Assembly (NCBI GenBank): GCA_016125505.1 | Contig: WGLP01000003.1 | Coordinates: forward strand, 501,911 to 565,910 | Origin: Gammaproteobacteria bacterium | GTDB lineage: Bacteria; Pseudomonadota; Gammaproteobacteria; UBA6429; Thiohalophilaceae | Direction of reading: 5' to 3' | Length of the DNA: 64,000 nt | Part shown: piece by piece, positions 9,800-19,302 of the stretch | How the letters are laid out: the number at the start of each line of letters is the position of its first letter | Position numbering within the stretch: the first letter of the stretch is position 1 | Made by a program: the position numbers and the translations under genes | Notes under the pieces: model-generated | Databases searched by the model: none | Seen by the model: the letters and a program-made list of their open reading frames with translations, nothing else | What the model was told of the DNA's origin: nothing

Positions 9800-10827
9800 A
9801 CAAGCTGCGCGTCCTCATGCTCACCCACACCAATCTGATCCCGCCGGACGACATCAAGGATCGGGATGACCCGCGCCTGAACGATTGCCGCAGTGAATAC
9901 GACGTCAAGACCGCGCTGCTGCAACTGGGGCATGAGGTGCACGTCCTCGGCATCGAAGATGATATTGCGCCGATCCGCCAGGCCAACGAAACATGGTATC
10001 CGCACATCGCCTTTAACATGATGGAGGCCTTTGCCGACGATGGCGCCCTCGATTACTACATCGTCAGTTATCTTGATATGGTCGGACTGCCCTACACCGG
10101 CTGCAATCCGCGCGGGATGTTGCTGGCCCGCGACAAATCGCTGTCGAAAAAATTACTGAGTTATCACCGCATTCGCGTGCCGAAATTCGTGGTGTTTCCG
10201 CGCGGCAAAAAGGTCAACCTGAAAAAGGCGGCGCAACTGCCCTACCCGATGATCGTCAAGTCCACGGTCGAACAGGGATCGGTCGGGATCGCCCAGGCCT
10301 CCTACGTCAGCACTCCTGAGGAACTGATCGAGCGCGTGGAACAACTGTTCAGCATCGCCGAAGGCGACGCCATCGCCGAACAATATATCGAAGGCCGTGA
10401 ACTCTATGTGGCCGTACTGGGCAATACCCGCCTGCAGGTACTGCCGATACGCGAGCTGGTGTTCGACAACATCGACGACACCATGCATCGCATCGCGACC
10501 TATAATGTGAAATGGAATGAGAAATACCGCGAGCGCTGGGGTATCGATTACCAGTTTGCGCGCAACCTGCCGAGTGGGATGTCGGAGAAGATCATCGCCC
10601 TGGCCAAGCGCGTGTACCGGATCCTGGATCTGAACGGATATGCGCGGCTGGATTTACGTCTGACCGCGGAAGGTAATCTGTACGTGATTGAGGCCAATCC
10701 CAATGCCGCCATCTCTACCGAAGATGATGTCGCCTTCTCCGCTGAAAGAGCAGGGATTTTATACGACCAGTTGATCCAGCGGATTGTGAATCTGGGCCTG
10801 CGCTATCGCCGGGAGATCCGCGACTAG
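9796..10827 (+). CDS. ATP-grasp enzyme of the D-alanine--D-alanine ligase family
   Basis: 343 aa. N-terminal pre-ATP-grasp domain (VLMLTHTNLIPPDD, DYYIVSYLDMVGLPYTGCNP), central KxxxxxGS...G, and a C-terminal E..NP.. catalytic loop (YVIEANPNAA). Confidence 0.8.
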   Translation: MNKLRVLMLTHTNLIPPDDIKDRDDPRLNDCRSEYDVKTALLQLGHEVHVLGIEDDIAPIRQANETWYPHIAFNMMEAFADDGALDYYIVSYLDMVGLPYTGCNPRGMLLARDKSLSKKLLSYHRIRVPKFVVFPRGKKVNLKKAAQLPYPMIVKSTVEQGSVGIAQASYVSTPEELIERVEQLFSIAEGDAIAEQYIEGRELYVAVLGNTRLQVLPIRELVFDNIDDTMHRIATYNVKWNEKYRERWGIDYQFARNLPSGMSEKIIALAKRVYRILDLNGYARLDLRLTAEGNLYVIEANPNAAISTEDDVAFSAERAGILYDQLIQRIVNLGLRYRREIRD

Positions 10828-11294
10828 ACCTTGCTGGCCTCGCGTTTCTCTTCGAAGAGCTTGAGCCTGCTGTCCATGCTCAAATGCCCTTCGTGGATCG
10901 CGCCGGTCTCCATGGCAATCACCGGGCTGACGAGGCTGCCCTTGATATGCGCACCCTTGTGCACTTCAATCTTTTCGCGCGCGGTGATGTCGCCGTCCAC
11001 CCGGCCCGCCACCACCACGATATCCGCCTTCAGCTGCCCGATCCAATGGCCGCTCTCCGCAATCACCACCGCGCCCTGGACATCGCTTTCACCCTTTACC
11101 ACGCCGCGAACGACAATATTCTCCCCGCCGCTGAAACTGCCGGTAAAGATACTGCCCTCGCCGATGGAAGAGGTAAAACGGATGATGCTGTCCAGAGTCC
11201 GCCCCAGGGCGGGTTGTTTCTTGCTTGTTTGCATATGCGTACCTAGAGAATTGGCCAAGCGCGGTTCGCTACGGTTATCGGCAGCTCGCGCCAT
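10824..11294 (-). CDS. bactofilin family cytoskeletal protein
   Basis: Repetitive beta-helix-like core (G.I.G.V.G....G.V.G...) typical of bactofilin/DUF583. Alternative start at ATG 11234. Confidence 0.75.
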   Translation of the reverse strand: MARAADNRSEPRLANSLGTHMQTSKKQPALGRTLDSIIRFTSSIGEGSIFTGSFSGGENIVVRGVVKGESDVQGAVVIAESGHWIGQLKADIVVVAGRVDGDITAREKIEVHKGAHIKGSLVSPVIAMETGAIHEGHLSMDSRLKLFEEKREASKV

Positions 11295-11445
11295 AAGGTT
11301 AAGTCCCCGACCGCGCTCGACCCGCTTGAACTTTTGCGCCTAAACCTTTCATTTAAAAGACATCATCCGGGATTTCATCTAGACTTTCCCAGGGTTCGGG
11401 ATTGATATTTTTTTTCGCCGGGTCGATCACACCATCGGCCTGCCA

Positions 11446-12594
11446 GTGAACAGGACGGAGAGCAGTCTTTTGCCACACCAGGATGCACTTGCAGCGCTTA
11501 ACCAGAATATTTCACTGCGGGAAAAACTCTCTACCGCCCATGCTGCGGTCCAGAAGACCTTTCCCTTTATCGCACGCATTGCCATCGCGCTTTACGACCC
11601 GGAAACCCATATCCTGAAAACCTATCTGCACAGCAGCGGTGACGACAACCCGCTGGAAAACTACGAAACCCTGCTGGAGAACGCGCCTTCGCTGAAACAA
11701 ATCCTGGCCGAGGGACGTCCGCGGGTCATCAATAATATGCTGACCTTTGATAACGTCCGCCACGAACACACCAAGCGACTCGGCCGTCAGGGCTATGCCG
11801 CCAGCTACACCCTGCCCATTTTCCAGAGTGGGATATTTCTCGGGTTTATCTTTTTCAATTCCTACGAGACCGATGTCTTCAGCGAACGCGTCCTGCACGA
11901 GATCGACCTCTATGGCCACTTAATCGCGATGATGATCGTCAATGAACTCACGTCGATTAAAACGCTCAGTGCCGCCCTGCGCACGACCAGCCAGTTGACG
12001 CATATTCGCGACCCGGAGACAGGCTCCCACCTGGATCGCATGTCGCGTTATTCACGCCTGATCGCCATGGAGCTGGCCAAGACGCATAGACTCAATGACG
12101 ACTATATTGAACACCTGTTCATGTTTGCGCCCTTACATGACATCGGCAAGATCGGTATCCCCGACAGCATCCTGCTCAAACCCGGCCCGCTCACCGACGA
12201 AGAACGCGCGGTCATGCAAACCCATACCCGCCTCGGACGCGAGATCATCGACAAGCTGCTGAACAACTTCAGCCTCGACGGCCTTCATCACGCGGATATC
12301 CTGCGCAATATCGCCGAATGCCATCATGAAGCCGTCAACGGCAGCGGTTATCCCCATGGCAAACGCGATCAGGAGATTCCGCTTGAGGCCAGAATCGTTG
12401 CCGTGGCGGATGTATTCGATGCCCTCACCAGCAGGCGTCCGTACAAGGAGGCATGGAGTAACGCGGAGGCCTTCGCCAGACTCGACCAGCTGGCGGGCGA
12501 TACCCTCGATCGGGAATGCGTCTCGGCACTCTTCAGCAAACAGGAAGAGGTCGAGGCGATTCAGCAACAATTTCGCGAAGACGTATACGGTTGA
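11446..12594 (+). CDS. GAF-like + HD-GYP domain c-di-GMP phosphodiesterase
   Basis: HDIGK, HHE..NGSGYPHG (GYP motif) and a conserved D..DALTS..PY. N-terminal ~170 aa are GAF-like. The track start is a GTG; TTG 11470 is an alternative. Confidence 0.8.
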   Translation: MNRTESSLLPHQDALAALNQNISLREKLSTAHAAVQKTFPFIARIAIALYDPETHILKTYLHSSGDDNPLENYETLLENAPSLKQILAEGRPRVINNMLTFDNVRHEHTKRLGRQGYAASYTLPIFQSGIFLGFIFFNSYETDVFSERVLHEIDLYGHLIAMMIVNELTSIKTLSAALRTTSQLTHIRDPETGSHLDRMSRYSRLIAMELAKTHRLNDDYIEHLFMFAPLHDIGKIGIPDSILLKPGPLTDEERAVMQTHTRLGREIIDKLLNNFSLDGLHHADILRNIAECHHEAVNGSGYPHGKRDQEIPLEARIVAVADVFDALTSRRPYKEAWSNAEAFARLDQLAGDTLDRECVSALFSKQEEVEAIQQQFREDVYG

Positions 12595-12601
12595 GGTAAC
12601 A

Positions 12602-12973
12602 CTAGCGGGCAAGAAGCTTTGCGATGGCCTGCTCGGCTACCGGGTAAGCGAGGCTCGCGCTGATATTGAATAACGCCTCCAGCTTGCCGATGTAGGCCTG
12701 CTCATTCTTTTCATAAAACACAATCACCCGGCACTGCGGCGCATATTTTTGCAGGCTGTACAGAAACACATCGAGGTTACTGATGTTAACGCCGGCATAA
12801 TTATTACCGTAACCATAGAGAAAATCCGCCACCACCAGGTCCGGCGCCTGTTTTTTCAATTCCTGAATCGCCCTGCGCACCGAGGTCAAGCGTATCTCTT
12901 TATAGCCGCAGCGCGCATACAATGCAGACAGACTCGGATGCGCGGCGGATTCGATAATGGAGTAAACAATCAT
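12602..12973 (-). CDS. stand-alone receiver (REC)-like domain protein, atypical
   Basis: 123 aa. It has the ...PDLVVADF... phosphoacceptor-like Asp context but a degenerate N-terminal acidic pocket. 4-bp overlap with the upstream GIY-YIG gene. Confidence 0.5.
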   Translation of the reverse strand: MIVYSIIESAAHPSLSALYARCGYKEIRLTSVRRAIQELKKQAPDLVVADFLYGYGNNYAGVNISNLDVFLYSLQKYAPQCRVIVFYEKNEQAYIGKLEALFNISASLAYPVAEQAIAKLLAR

Positions 12974-13242
12974 TGTGCTACAGCCTGTCGGCAGAGTTGT
13001 TCCTTGTCCTGGCGCGACAGTTTTTTGATCGCCATTTCACGTTGCAGGGCCTGCGAGCGCGAGTCGCAACTTTCCGTATACACCAGCACCACCGGTCTGC
13101 GTGACCGCGTATAGCGTGCGGCCAAGCGGCCGTGATTATGCTCGTGAATGCGTTTATGGACATCGCGCGCGATCCCGGTATACAGGGTCTCGTCCGCGCA
13201 ACGCACGATATACACCTGCCATGAATACGTGGGGTCCGACAT
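12970..13242 (-). CDS. GIY-YIG domain protein (YhbQ/UPF0213-like small nuclease-fold protein)
   Basis: 90 aa with VYIVRCADETLYTGIARDVHKRIHEHN (GIY-YIG core, conserved R and E). Confidence 0.75.
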   Translation of the reverse strand: MSDPTYSWQVYIVRCADETLYTGIARDVHKRIHEHNHGRLAARYTRSRRPVVLVYTESCDSRSQALQREMAIKKLSRQDKEQLCRQAVAQ

Positions 13243-13329
13243 GGGCCAAGTATATTAAAGTTACTGCCCGCGATCACTGGACTTGCCCCGGGCCCGCTCG
13301 CATAATGCGCACCCCGGTTCGATTAGCCT

Positions 13330-13983
13330 ATGCACACCACACCACCAGCACACCATTCCGAGCTCGACACCACCTGTCATCACATCGCATCGCAACTGGC
13401 GTCGCAGGGTTGGTGCGTGACGGGCGATTTTCTTGCCGCGGATATCGTCCGGGACATTCGCGAATATGCACAACATGCCTGGCGGACCGGTGCGTTTCGT
13501 CAGGCGGGGATCGGCCAGGGCAAGCTGGAGGTCCAGCCCGATATCCGCAGCGATCAGGTGTTATGGCTGGAACCGGCACAGTGCGACGGCGCTGTTGCCG
13601 CCTATTTCGCTGCCCTCGAATGCTTGCGCCAGACCATCAACCGCGAACTGTATCTGGGTCTGTTCGATTACGAGGCGCACCTGGCGATCTACGCCCCGGG
13701 CAGTTTTTATAAAAAACACCTGGACCAGTTTCGCGGCAGTAATCTGCGCACGGTCACCACCACGTTTTATCTGAATGCCGACTGGCAGCCGCAACATGGC
13801 GGACAGCTGCGACTGTACACCCACAGCGAGGACCCCGCCCGCCAGCTCGACGTACTGCCCGCGGCCGGGACCCTGGTGACCTTTCTCAGCGGCGAGTATT
13901 ACCACGAAGTCCTGCCCGCGACCCGCGAACGCCTGAGCCTGACCGGCTGGTTTCGCCGCCGGGAAATGGCATCAACAGTTTGA
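13330..13983 (+). CDS. 2OG-Fe(II) oxygenase superfamily protein (prolyl-4-hydroxylase-like)
   Basis: 217 aa. H..D.....H facial triad candidates (HLDQF...D...; ...YYHEVLP) and a C-terminal R..L..W. Confidence 0.7.
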   Translation: MHTTPPAHHSELDTTCHHIASQLASQGWCVTGDFLAADIVRDIREYAQHAWRTGAFRQAGIGQGKLEVQPDIRSDQVLWLEPAQCDGAVAAYFAALECLRQTINRELYLGLFDYEAHLAIYAPGSFYKKHLDQFRGSNLRTVTTTFYLNADWQPQHGGQLRLYTHSEDPARQLDVLPAAGTLVTFLSGEYYHEVLPATRERLSLTGWFRRREMASTV

Positions 13984-14150
13984 ACCACTTAGCCCCGGCA
14001 TCTGTCTCTTGGATAACACCAAGCCCGTGTGCTCTCATATAATCCGGAAGACGGACCGATAAACAAGGATGTCTGTGTACCTGCATCGTGCGCGGTACCA
14101 GCCTTTCGATAAAACCACTATTTCAAAAATGGATTAGCCACACGCGGACT

Positions 14151-16667
14151 ATGGCAGGCAATAACCAACAAGCGCCAATCACACCGGTCGTCTCTATCCC
14201 GGGCTACAAGATCATGGAAGTGCTGGGCAAGGGCGGCATGGCCGTGGTCTATCTGGCGATACAGGAGAGCATCGGCCGCAACGTGGCGCTCAAGATCCTC
14301 GCCCCCGACCATACGGACGAAACCTTTTCGGACCGGTTTCTGCGCGAGGCGCGCATCGTCAGCCAGCTCACCCATCCCAACATCATCACGATTTACGATG
14401 CGGGCGTGCAGCAGGGCTACCACTACATGTCCATGGAATACGTCCCGGGCAAGAACCTGACCGAGGCGCGCGATGCCCTCACCCGCAAACAAAAGGTCGG
14501 CGTCATCAAGCAAATCGCCCTGGCGCTCGATTACGCCGGCAAGAAGGGCTATGTCCACCGCGACATCAAGCCGGAAAACATCATGCTGCACGAGGACGGC
14601 CGCGCCATCCTCACCGACTTCGGCATCGCCCGCGACCAGGGCGTCAGCCGCGGCCTGACCCAGACCGGCAAGGCCATCGGTACCCCGTATTTCATGAGTC
14701 CGGAACAGACCAAGGGCCTGACCGTGGACCATCGCTCCGATATTTACAGCCTGGGCGTGGTCCTGTTCCAGGCGGTGGCAGGTCACGTGCCTTTCGACGG
14801 TCCGTCCCTCGTCGCCATCGGTATCAAGCATATCTCCGAACCGATCCCGAGCCTGCCGCCGGGCATGGAGATTTTCCAACCCATCATCAACAAGTGCATG
14901 TCCAAGGAACCGGACCATCGCTACCAGAGCGCCAGCGAACTGTTCAACGCGCTGGATGCCATTAGTGAAGTACAACTGGACTTCATCGACGCCAAGGCCA
15001 AGGCCTGGAAAAGTGTACCGATCTCGCATCAGTCGCAAACCATGGCCGAACAACCCTCGGTGGAATTGCTCGCCAGCACCGGCGAACAGGCCCAGTCCAC
15101 AAGTCGTCCTGTGCCGAAGATTCGGGCGCAACGGGTCTCGACCCAGATGGATATCACCGAGACGGCAGAATTTAAAAAACTTGCGCGCCGCCGGCGCCGC
15201 GGCATGTGGCTGATCCTGCTAATCGCCCTGGGTGGACTTGCCTATTACCAGCAGGCCTGGCTACGGGACTGGTGGCAACATCAGGCAAAACCGCTGCTGG
15301 CGCAGTACCTGCCAGCACTGCGCACAAACGATACGACCGTCGCCAACACAAACACACCGGCAGCAACGCCGACAGCGCAAGACCAGATCGCAAAAACCGA
15401 CGATACGCCTGTTACGGCACAAGCGGATAACACCGCGCCTCTGAGTCCGGCCCCGACTCCGCCCGCGGAAAAAACGCCGCGCGAGGTCGCCTCAGACGTA
15501 CAGTTGTACAAGGATAAATTACGCATCAACCCCGACGATGCCGATGCCCGTGCCGGTATCGAACAGGCGCGGCGCTGGCTCCACGACAAACTGGAGACGG
15601 CACTGGCCGCGAAAGACCCGGACACGGCACGCCAGATCCTGGGCATATTCAAACGCAGCTTCCCCCGCCTCGCGCGTCTCGATGCGACTGGCAAGATCGA
15701 GCAACGCATCCAGCAGCTTGAGGCTTACAACACGCACCTGGCCAAGGCACGTGTGTACATGGCCGCCAACGCCGTCGCCAAACCGGAGGGCGCCAATGCC
15801 CTGGAAGAATACCTTGCCGCCTCCCGCTACTTCCCCGCTGATCCGTCAGTGCAGCAGGGCCTGAACGAGATAGCACGCTATTTTTACGACAAGGCCAAAA
15901 CCGCCCAGACAGAAAACAAACTGGCCGACGCGGTGCAATACGTGACCAGCGGCTTGCAGGCGGTGGCGAACGACCCGTCGCTAACCGCCCTTAAGACGGA
16001 ACTGGACACCGGCATCCGCCAGGAGCAACAGATAAATCAACTGCTGCAGGAAGCGGATACTCTGATGCGCAGGGATCAGGTCATCGACCCGGCAAACGCC
16101 AATGCCTATGCGGTCTACCGCAAAATCCAGCAACTGTCACCGCAAAATCCGGCGGCACTTGCCGGCATGCAACAGGTTCAGCTCTGGCTGCTCAGCCACA
16201 GCCAGGCGCTGTACGATGAGCAGCAATATCTGCCGGCGCGCGATCTGCTCAAACGCGCACAGGGCTATTTCCCGGAGAGTAATACCTTCACGCCGCTACA
16301 GACCAAGATCGACAAGGCCATCGATGCGACCTATCCCAAAGTCACGCACATTGAATTCAGTGCGACGCCAATCAGCGCCCTGAGCGGACATGGCCGGCTC
16401 GACAAGCTGGCGCCGGGACAAATCCTGTATGCAGGTTTTGCCTTCAAAAATTTTTACGAGGCCAGTACCACACTGGTGGCGCAACTAAAAGATACCGCCG
16501 GCCAGACAGTCTTCGATGAGCAAACCATTCAGGTCAACGGCCGCAACGGTGAGGGATTTTTTGCCTTGCACCTGCCCAATCCTGGCAGCCGCGACGGCAG
16601 TTACAGTGTCGAGCTGTACATGAGCAATGTGCGGATCCTGAAAGCAACCTTGTCCGGCTTACACTGA
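14151..16667 (+). CDS. Hanks-type Ser/Thr protein kinase with one TM helix and a ~450-aa periplasmic helical-repeat (TPR-like) domain
   Basis: GKGGMAVVY...ALK (VAIK), HRDIKPENIML, DFGIA, SPEQ. TM segment MWLILLIALGGLAYY. The ATG at 14151 is preferred over the track start 14088. Confidence 0.85.
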   Translation: MAGNNQQAPITPVVSIPGYKIMEVLGKGGMAVVYLAIQESIGRNVALKILAPDHTDETFSDRFLREARIVSQLTHPNIITIYDAGVQQGYHYMSMEYVPGKNLTEARDALTRKQKVGVIKQIALALDYAGKKGYVHRDIKPENIMLHEDGRAILTDFGIARDQGVSRGLTQTGKAIGTPYFMSPEQTKGLTVDHRSDIYSLGVVLFQAVAGHVPFDGPSLVAIGIKHISEPIPSLPPGMEIFQPIINKCMSKEPDHRYQSASELFNALDAISEVQLDFIDAKAKAWKSVPISHQSQTMAEQPSVELLASTGEQAQSTSRPVPKIRAQRVSTQMDITETAEFKKLARRRRRGMWLILLIALGGLAYYQQAWLRDWWQHQAKPLLAQYLPALRTNDTTVANTNTPAATPTAQDQIAKTDDTPVTAQADNTAPLSPAPTPPAEKTPREVASDVQLYKDKLRINPDDADARAGIEQARRWLHDKLETALAAKDPDTARQILGIFKRSFPRLARLDATGKIEQRIQQLEAYNTHLAKARVYMAANAVAKPEGANALEEYLAASRYFPADPSVQQGLNEIARYFYDKAKTAQTENKLADAVQYVTSGLQAVANDPSLTALKTELDTGIRQEQQINQLLQEADTLMRRDQVIDPANANAYAVYRKIQQLSPQNPAALAGMQQVQLWLLSHSQALYDEQQYLPARDLLKRAQGYFPESNTFTPLQTKIDKAIDATYPKVTHIEFSATPISALSGHGRLDKLAPGQILYAGFAFKNFYEASTTLVAQLKDTAGQTVFDEQTIQVNGRNGEGFFALHLPNPGSRDGSYSVELYMSNVRILKATLSGLH

Positions 16668-16680
16668 AGAACCGCAATGC

Positions 16681-16710
16681 CAAATAAAAACGGCCAGATG
16701 GCTCTGGCCG
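16681..16710 (-). terminator. rho-independent terminator downstream of tusE
   Basis: Hairpin CGGCCAGA-tggc-TCTGGCCG followed on the minus strand by TTTTTATTTG. Confidence 0.6.
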
Positions 16711-16766
16711 TGAAAGTACCATGGCAGGAACTTTTTGGAACAGCTGTGATTAAAACACCGGTGGCC

Positions 16767-17060
16767 TTAGACGCAGCCGGTAGGTTTGGGCAGACCGCCG
16801 TACTTGGTGATCGGCTTCATGGGGCCGGTCATCCACATCTGGAACATCACTTTCTGATCTTCACCGACGTACTTGGCGAATTTACGAATCGGCGGCACGA
16901 CACCGTTGTCTTCGTAGTATTCACGCGCCTTTAGGATATGCGTCCACTTGGTATCGTCGAGGTCCACCCCATCCTGTTCCGCCATTGCCTTGGCAATCTC
17001 GGGGGTCCAGGCACTCATGTCGGTAAGATAACCATCACCGTCACGTTCAGGTAAATTCAT
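16767..17060 (-). CDS. tusE: TusE/DsrC-family sulfur relay protein
   Basis: 97 aa ending ...KYGGLPKPTGCV, with a single conserved C-terminal Cys (TusE-like rather than two-Cys DsrC). Confidence 0.8.
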   Translation of the reverse strand: MNLPERDGDGYLTDMSAWTPEIAKAMAEQDGVDLDDTKWTHILKAREYYEDNGVVPPIRKFAKYVGEDQKVMFQMWMTGPMKPITKYGGLPKPTGCV

Positions 17061-17267
17061 GACTTGCTCCTCACAATCACTTAACTAAATCAAATACTTG
17101 CTTGGCAATTGCCAAACGGAATGCAGAATATTAGACAATCTCCGAGTAATTTTGTCAACTACTATCAGGCAGGGATGCTTTCACCATGCGAAAGCGACCC
17201 AGTTCACACTCTCCCAGGGGATTTGCTATGCTGATTCACCCGTCCTCTGCATTGGTGCCGACCCCAC

Positions 17268-17723
17268 ATGTTGAATCCCAGCCCGATTTCCAGCGTGACC
17301 CCCGATTTTCTGCAGGCCTTTCGCGGCAGTTTCACCAGCCTGCTCAAGTGGCCTGACCTCGATGCCTTCTGGCAGGTGCTGGAACAACATGCCGGCGACG
17401 GCTGGTATATCTATGCCATCGGCGAGGCCGTACCGCAGACACCCGCTTCGGCGGATCAGGTCCGGAAATTCATCCTGGAAGTCGACAAATTATTGCGGGA
17501 AGAACACGAGGAAGATTACTGTGGCATCGTCTACGCAGACGATAAAACCCGTCCCAGCTTTATCAAGATCTACGACCCGAACAACCTCGGCGTCACCTGC
17601 GGTTTCAGCGATAACCCGCCCATGCCCGGCTGGGTCCTGTCGCTCCTGCCCCCGGTGGAACTCAACGAAACCACCTTTCTGCCGCAAAACCGCCGCCGCT
17701 GGTGGCAACGACTTTTTGCCTGA
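17268..17723 (+). CDS. hypothetical protein
   Basis: 151-aa ORF diverging from tusE. No motif recognised. Confidence 0.45.
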   Translation: MLNPSPISSVTPDFLQAFRGSFTSLLKWPDLDAFWQVLEQHAGDGWYIYAIGEAVPQTPASADQVRKFILEVDKLLREEHEEDYCGIVYADDKTRPSFIKIYDPNNLGVTCGFSDNPPMPGWVLSLLPPVELNETTFLPQNRRRWWQRLFA

Positions 17724-17744
17724 CAGCAGGAAATCTGCACCTTA

Positions 17745-19130
17745 TCAATTACGCCTGAAGTAGGCTGTCAGATCCGCATTGGGATCTACCCGGTATCCTA
17801 TCTTCACCGGTGACATAAACAACACCCACGCGGCACCTTTGTCCGGACCGCCATCGTCATCGAGGTTCGCACCCACGGCGATATCCAGATTGCCATCACC
17901 ATCGATATCACCCAGGCCGGCAATGGCGTCACCGAATTGTTCGCCGTCAGTAAGCGTATCCGGAAAATTACCCTGCGTCTGGGAGATCTGCGAGGACGAA
18001 ATGACCTCCCCGGTCTTCTTCAAAAACAACACGTGCATGGCCCCGCGTTGCGGCCCACCGTCCGCATTATGATTCGCCCCCACGGCCAGTTCATCTATGC
18101 CGTCGCTATTCAAGTCGCCGACATCCGCCAGCGCACTGCCGAACTGATCACCGTCCGCGAGCAGTGCATCGAGCTGGCCACTGAGTTGTGAAATCTTCTG
18201 CGATGCCTTGACCGTACCATCGCGATTCATAAATAAAATCCAGACCGCGCCGCGATCAACACCACCGTCGTCATCGCCGTTCGCGCCAACCGCGATATCG
18301 GGAATGCCGTCACCATCCACGTCACCGATTCCGGCAACAGCACTGCCAAAAAGGTCGCCTGTATGCAACTCACCCTTGAAGTTGCCGGTAGTAGACGAGA
18401 TCTTTCGTGCGGATTGAACCGAGCCATCGAAATTCAGATACAGTATGTAGACGGCACCGCGGTCCGTACTGCCATCGTCGTCGCCATCGGCGCCCACGAC
18501 GATATCAGCAACCCCATCACCATTCAGATCCCCGATGTTTGCGACGGCGCCACCAAAGTGATCATTGTCCTTGAGGCCGAGAGTAAATCCGCCCGTAAGA
18601 TCGGAAATCTTGGTCTGGCTCAGTACCGTCCCGTCACTATTCAGGAGCAATACCCACAAGGCGCCGCGATCGGTGCCGTTGTCATCGTCACCGGGAGCAC
18701 CGACGACCATGTCCTGCACGCCATCGCCATTGACGTCATTCAGCGAGGAGACGGCGCTACCGAAATGATCACCGTCATGCAAAGTCCCGGTGAAACCGTT
18801 CAGGCCTTGAGTCAGTTTAATACTGCTGCTAACCGTTCCGGTACTGTTCAAAAACAGGATCCAGCATGCACCCCGTTCCGTTCCGGCTTCATTGTCGAGC
18901 GGACTACCCACTGCCAGTTCGGGAACGCCGTCCCCATTCAGATCGCTGAGTTTCGCCAGGGCGGCACCGAACTGGACGCCATCAGTCAGGGTTTGTTTGA
19001 AATCACCCTGCGTTTCGGAAATCTTTTGCGCGCTACTCACTTCGGTCGAATACGTGCGGGTACAACCGCTCATGACGACGGCGAAACCGAATATGCTTAT
19101 AAGCAGGATAAGCGGGCGAATGAACCGCAT
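17745..19130 (-). CDS. lipoprotein with seven FG-GAP/integrin-alpha-type repeats (predicted 7-bladed beta-propeller)
   Basis: Signal peptide with lipobox VVMSGC. Seven ~62-aa repeats, each with a FG/DxFG element and a Ca-binding-like loop D(L/V)NGDGxxD...VGA...DD.G.DRGA.W(I/V)L(F/L)(L/M)N.DGTV. Confidence 0.85.
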   Translation of the reverse strand: MRFIRPLILLISIFGFAVVMSGCTRTYSTEVSSAQKISETQGDFKQTLTDGVQFGAALAKLSDLNGDGVPELAVGSPLDNEAGTERGACWILFLNSTGTVSSSIKLTQGLNGFTGTLHDGDHFGSAVSSLNDVNGDGVQDMVVGAPGDDDNGTDRGALWVLLLNSDGTVLSQTKISDLTGGFTLGLKDNDHFGGAVANIGDLNGDGVADIVVGADGDDDGSTDRGAVYILYLNFDGSVQSARKISSTTGNFKGELHTGDLFGSAVAGIGDVDGDGIPDIAVGANGDDDGGVDRGAVWILFMNRDGTVKASQKISQLSGQLDALLADGDQFGSALADVGDLNSDGIDELAVGANHNADGGPQRGAMHVLFLKKTGEVISSSQISQTQGNFPDTLTDGEQFGDAIAGLGDIDGDGNLDIAVGANLDDDGGPDKGAAWVLFMSPVKIGYRVDPNADLTAYFRRN

Positions 19131-19302
19131 GGCAAATTCCCTTTGGTGATAACGCAGGTCTATTAACTATAGTGAAAGTTTGAAGATACGACTATTGTCT
19201 TTGCCACGGCATTTGCGGGATCACAAATACGCGCCGACATTAAGCCAGGATTCAGATTACTTCGCTATAATGACACTTAAATTAAACCTCACGAGGTGAT
19301 AT

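Noticed and set aside
14118-15131. 337-aa minus-strand ORF antisense to the Ser/Thr kinase gene
   Set aside because: Gly/Arg/Ala/Asp-rich translation typical of GC-rich antisense frames. The kinase frame has all Hanks motifs.
18363-19166. 267-aa plus-strand ORF antisense to the FG-GAP lipoprotein gene
   Set aside because: The FG-GAP frame shows seven regular repeats with Ca-loop motifs. The antisense frame has no motif and mirrors the repeat structure.
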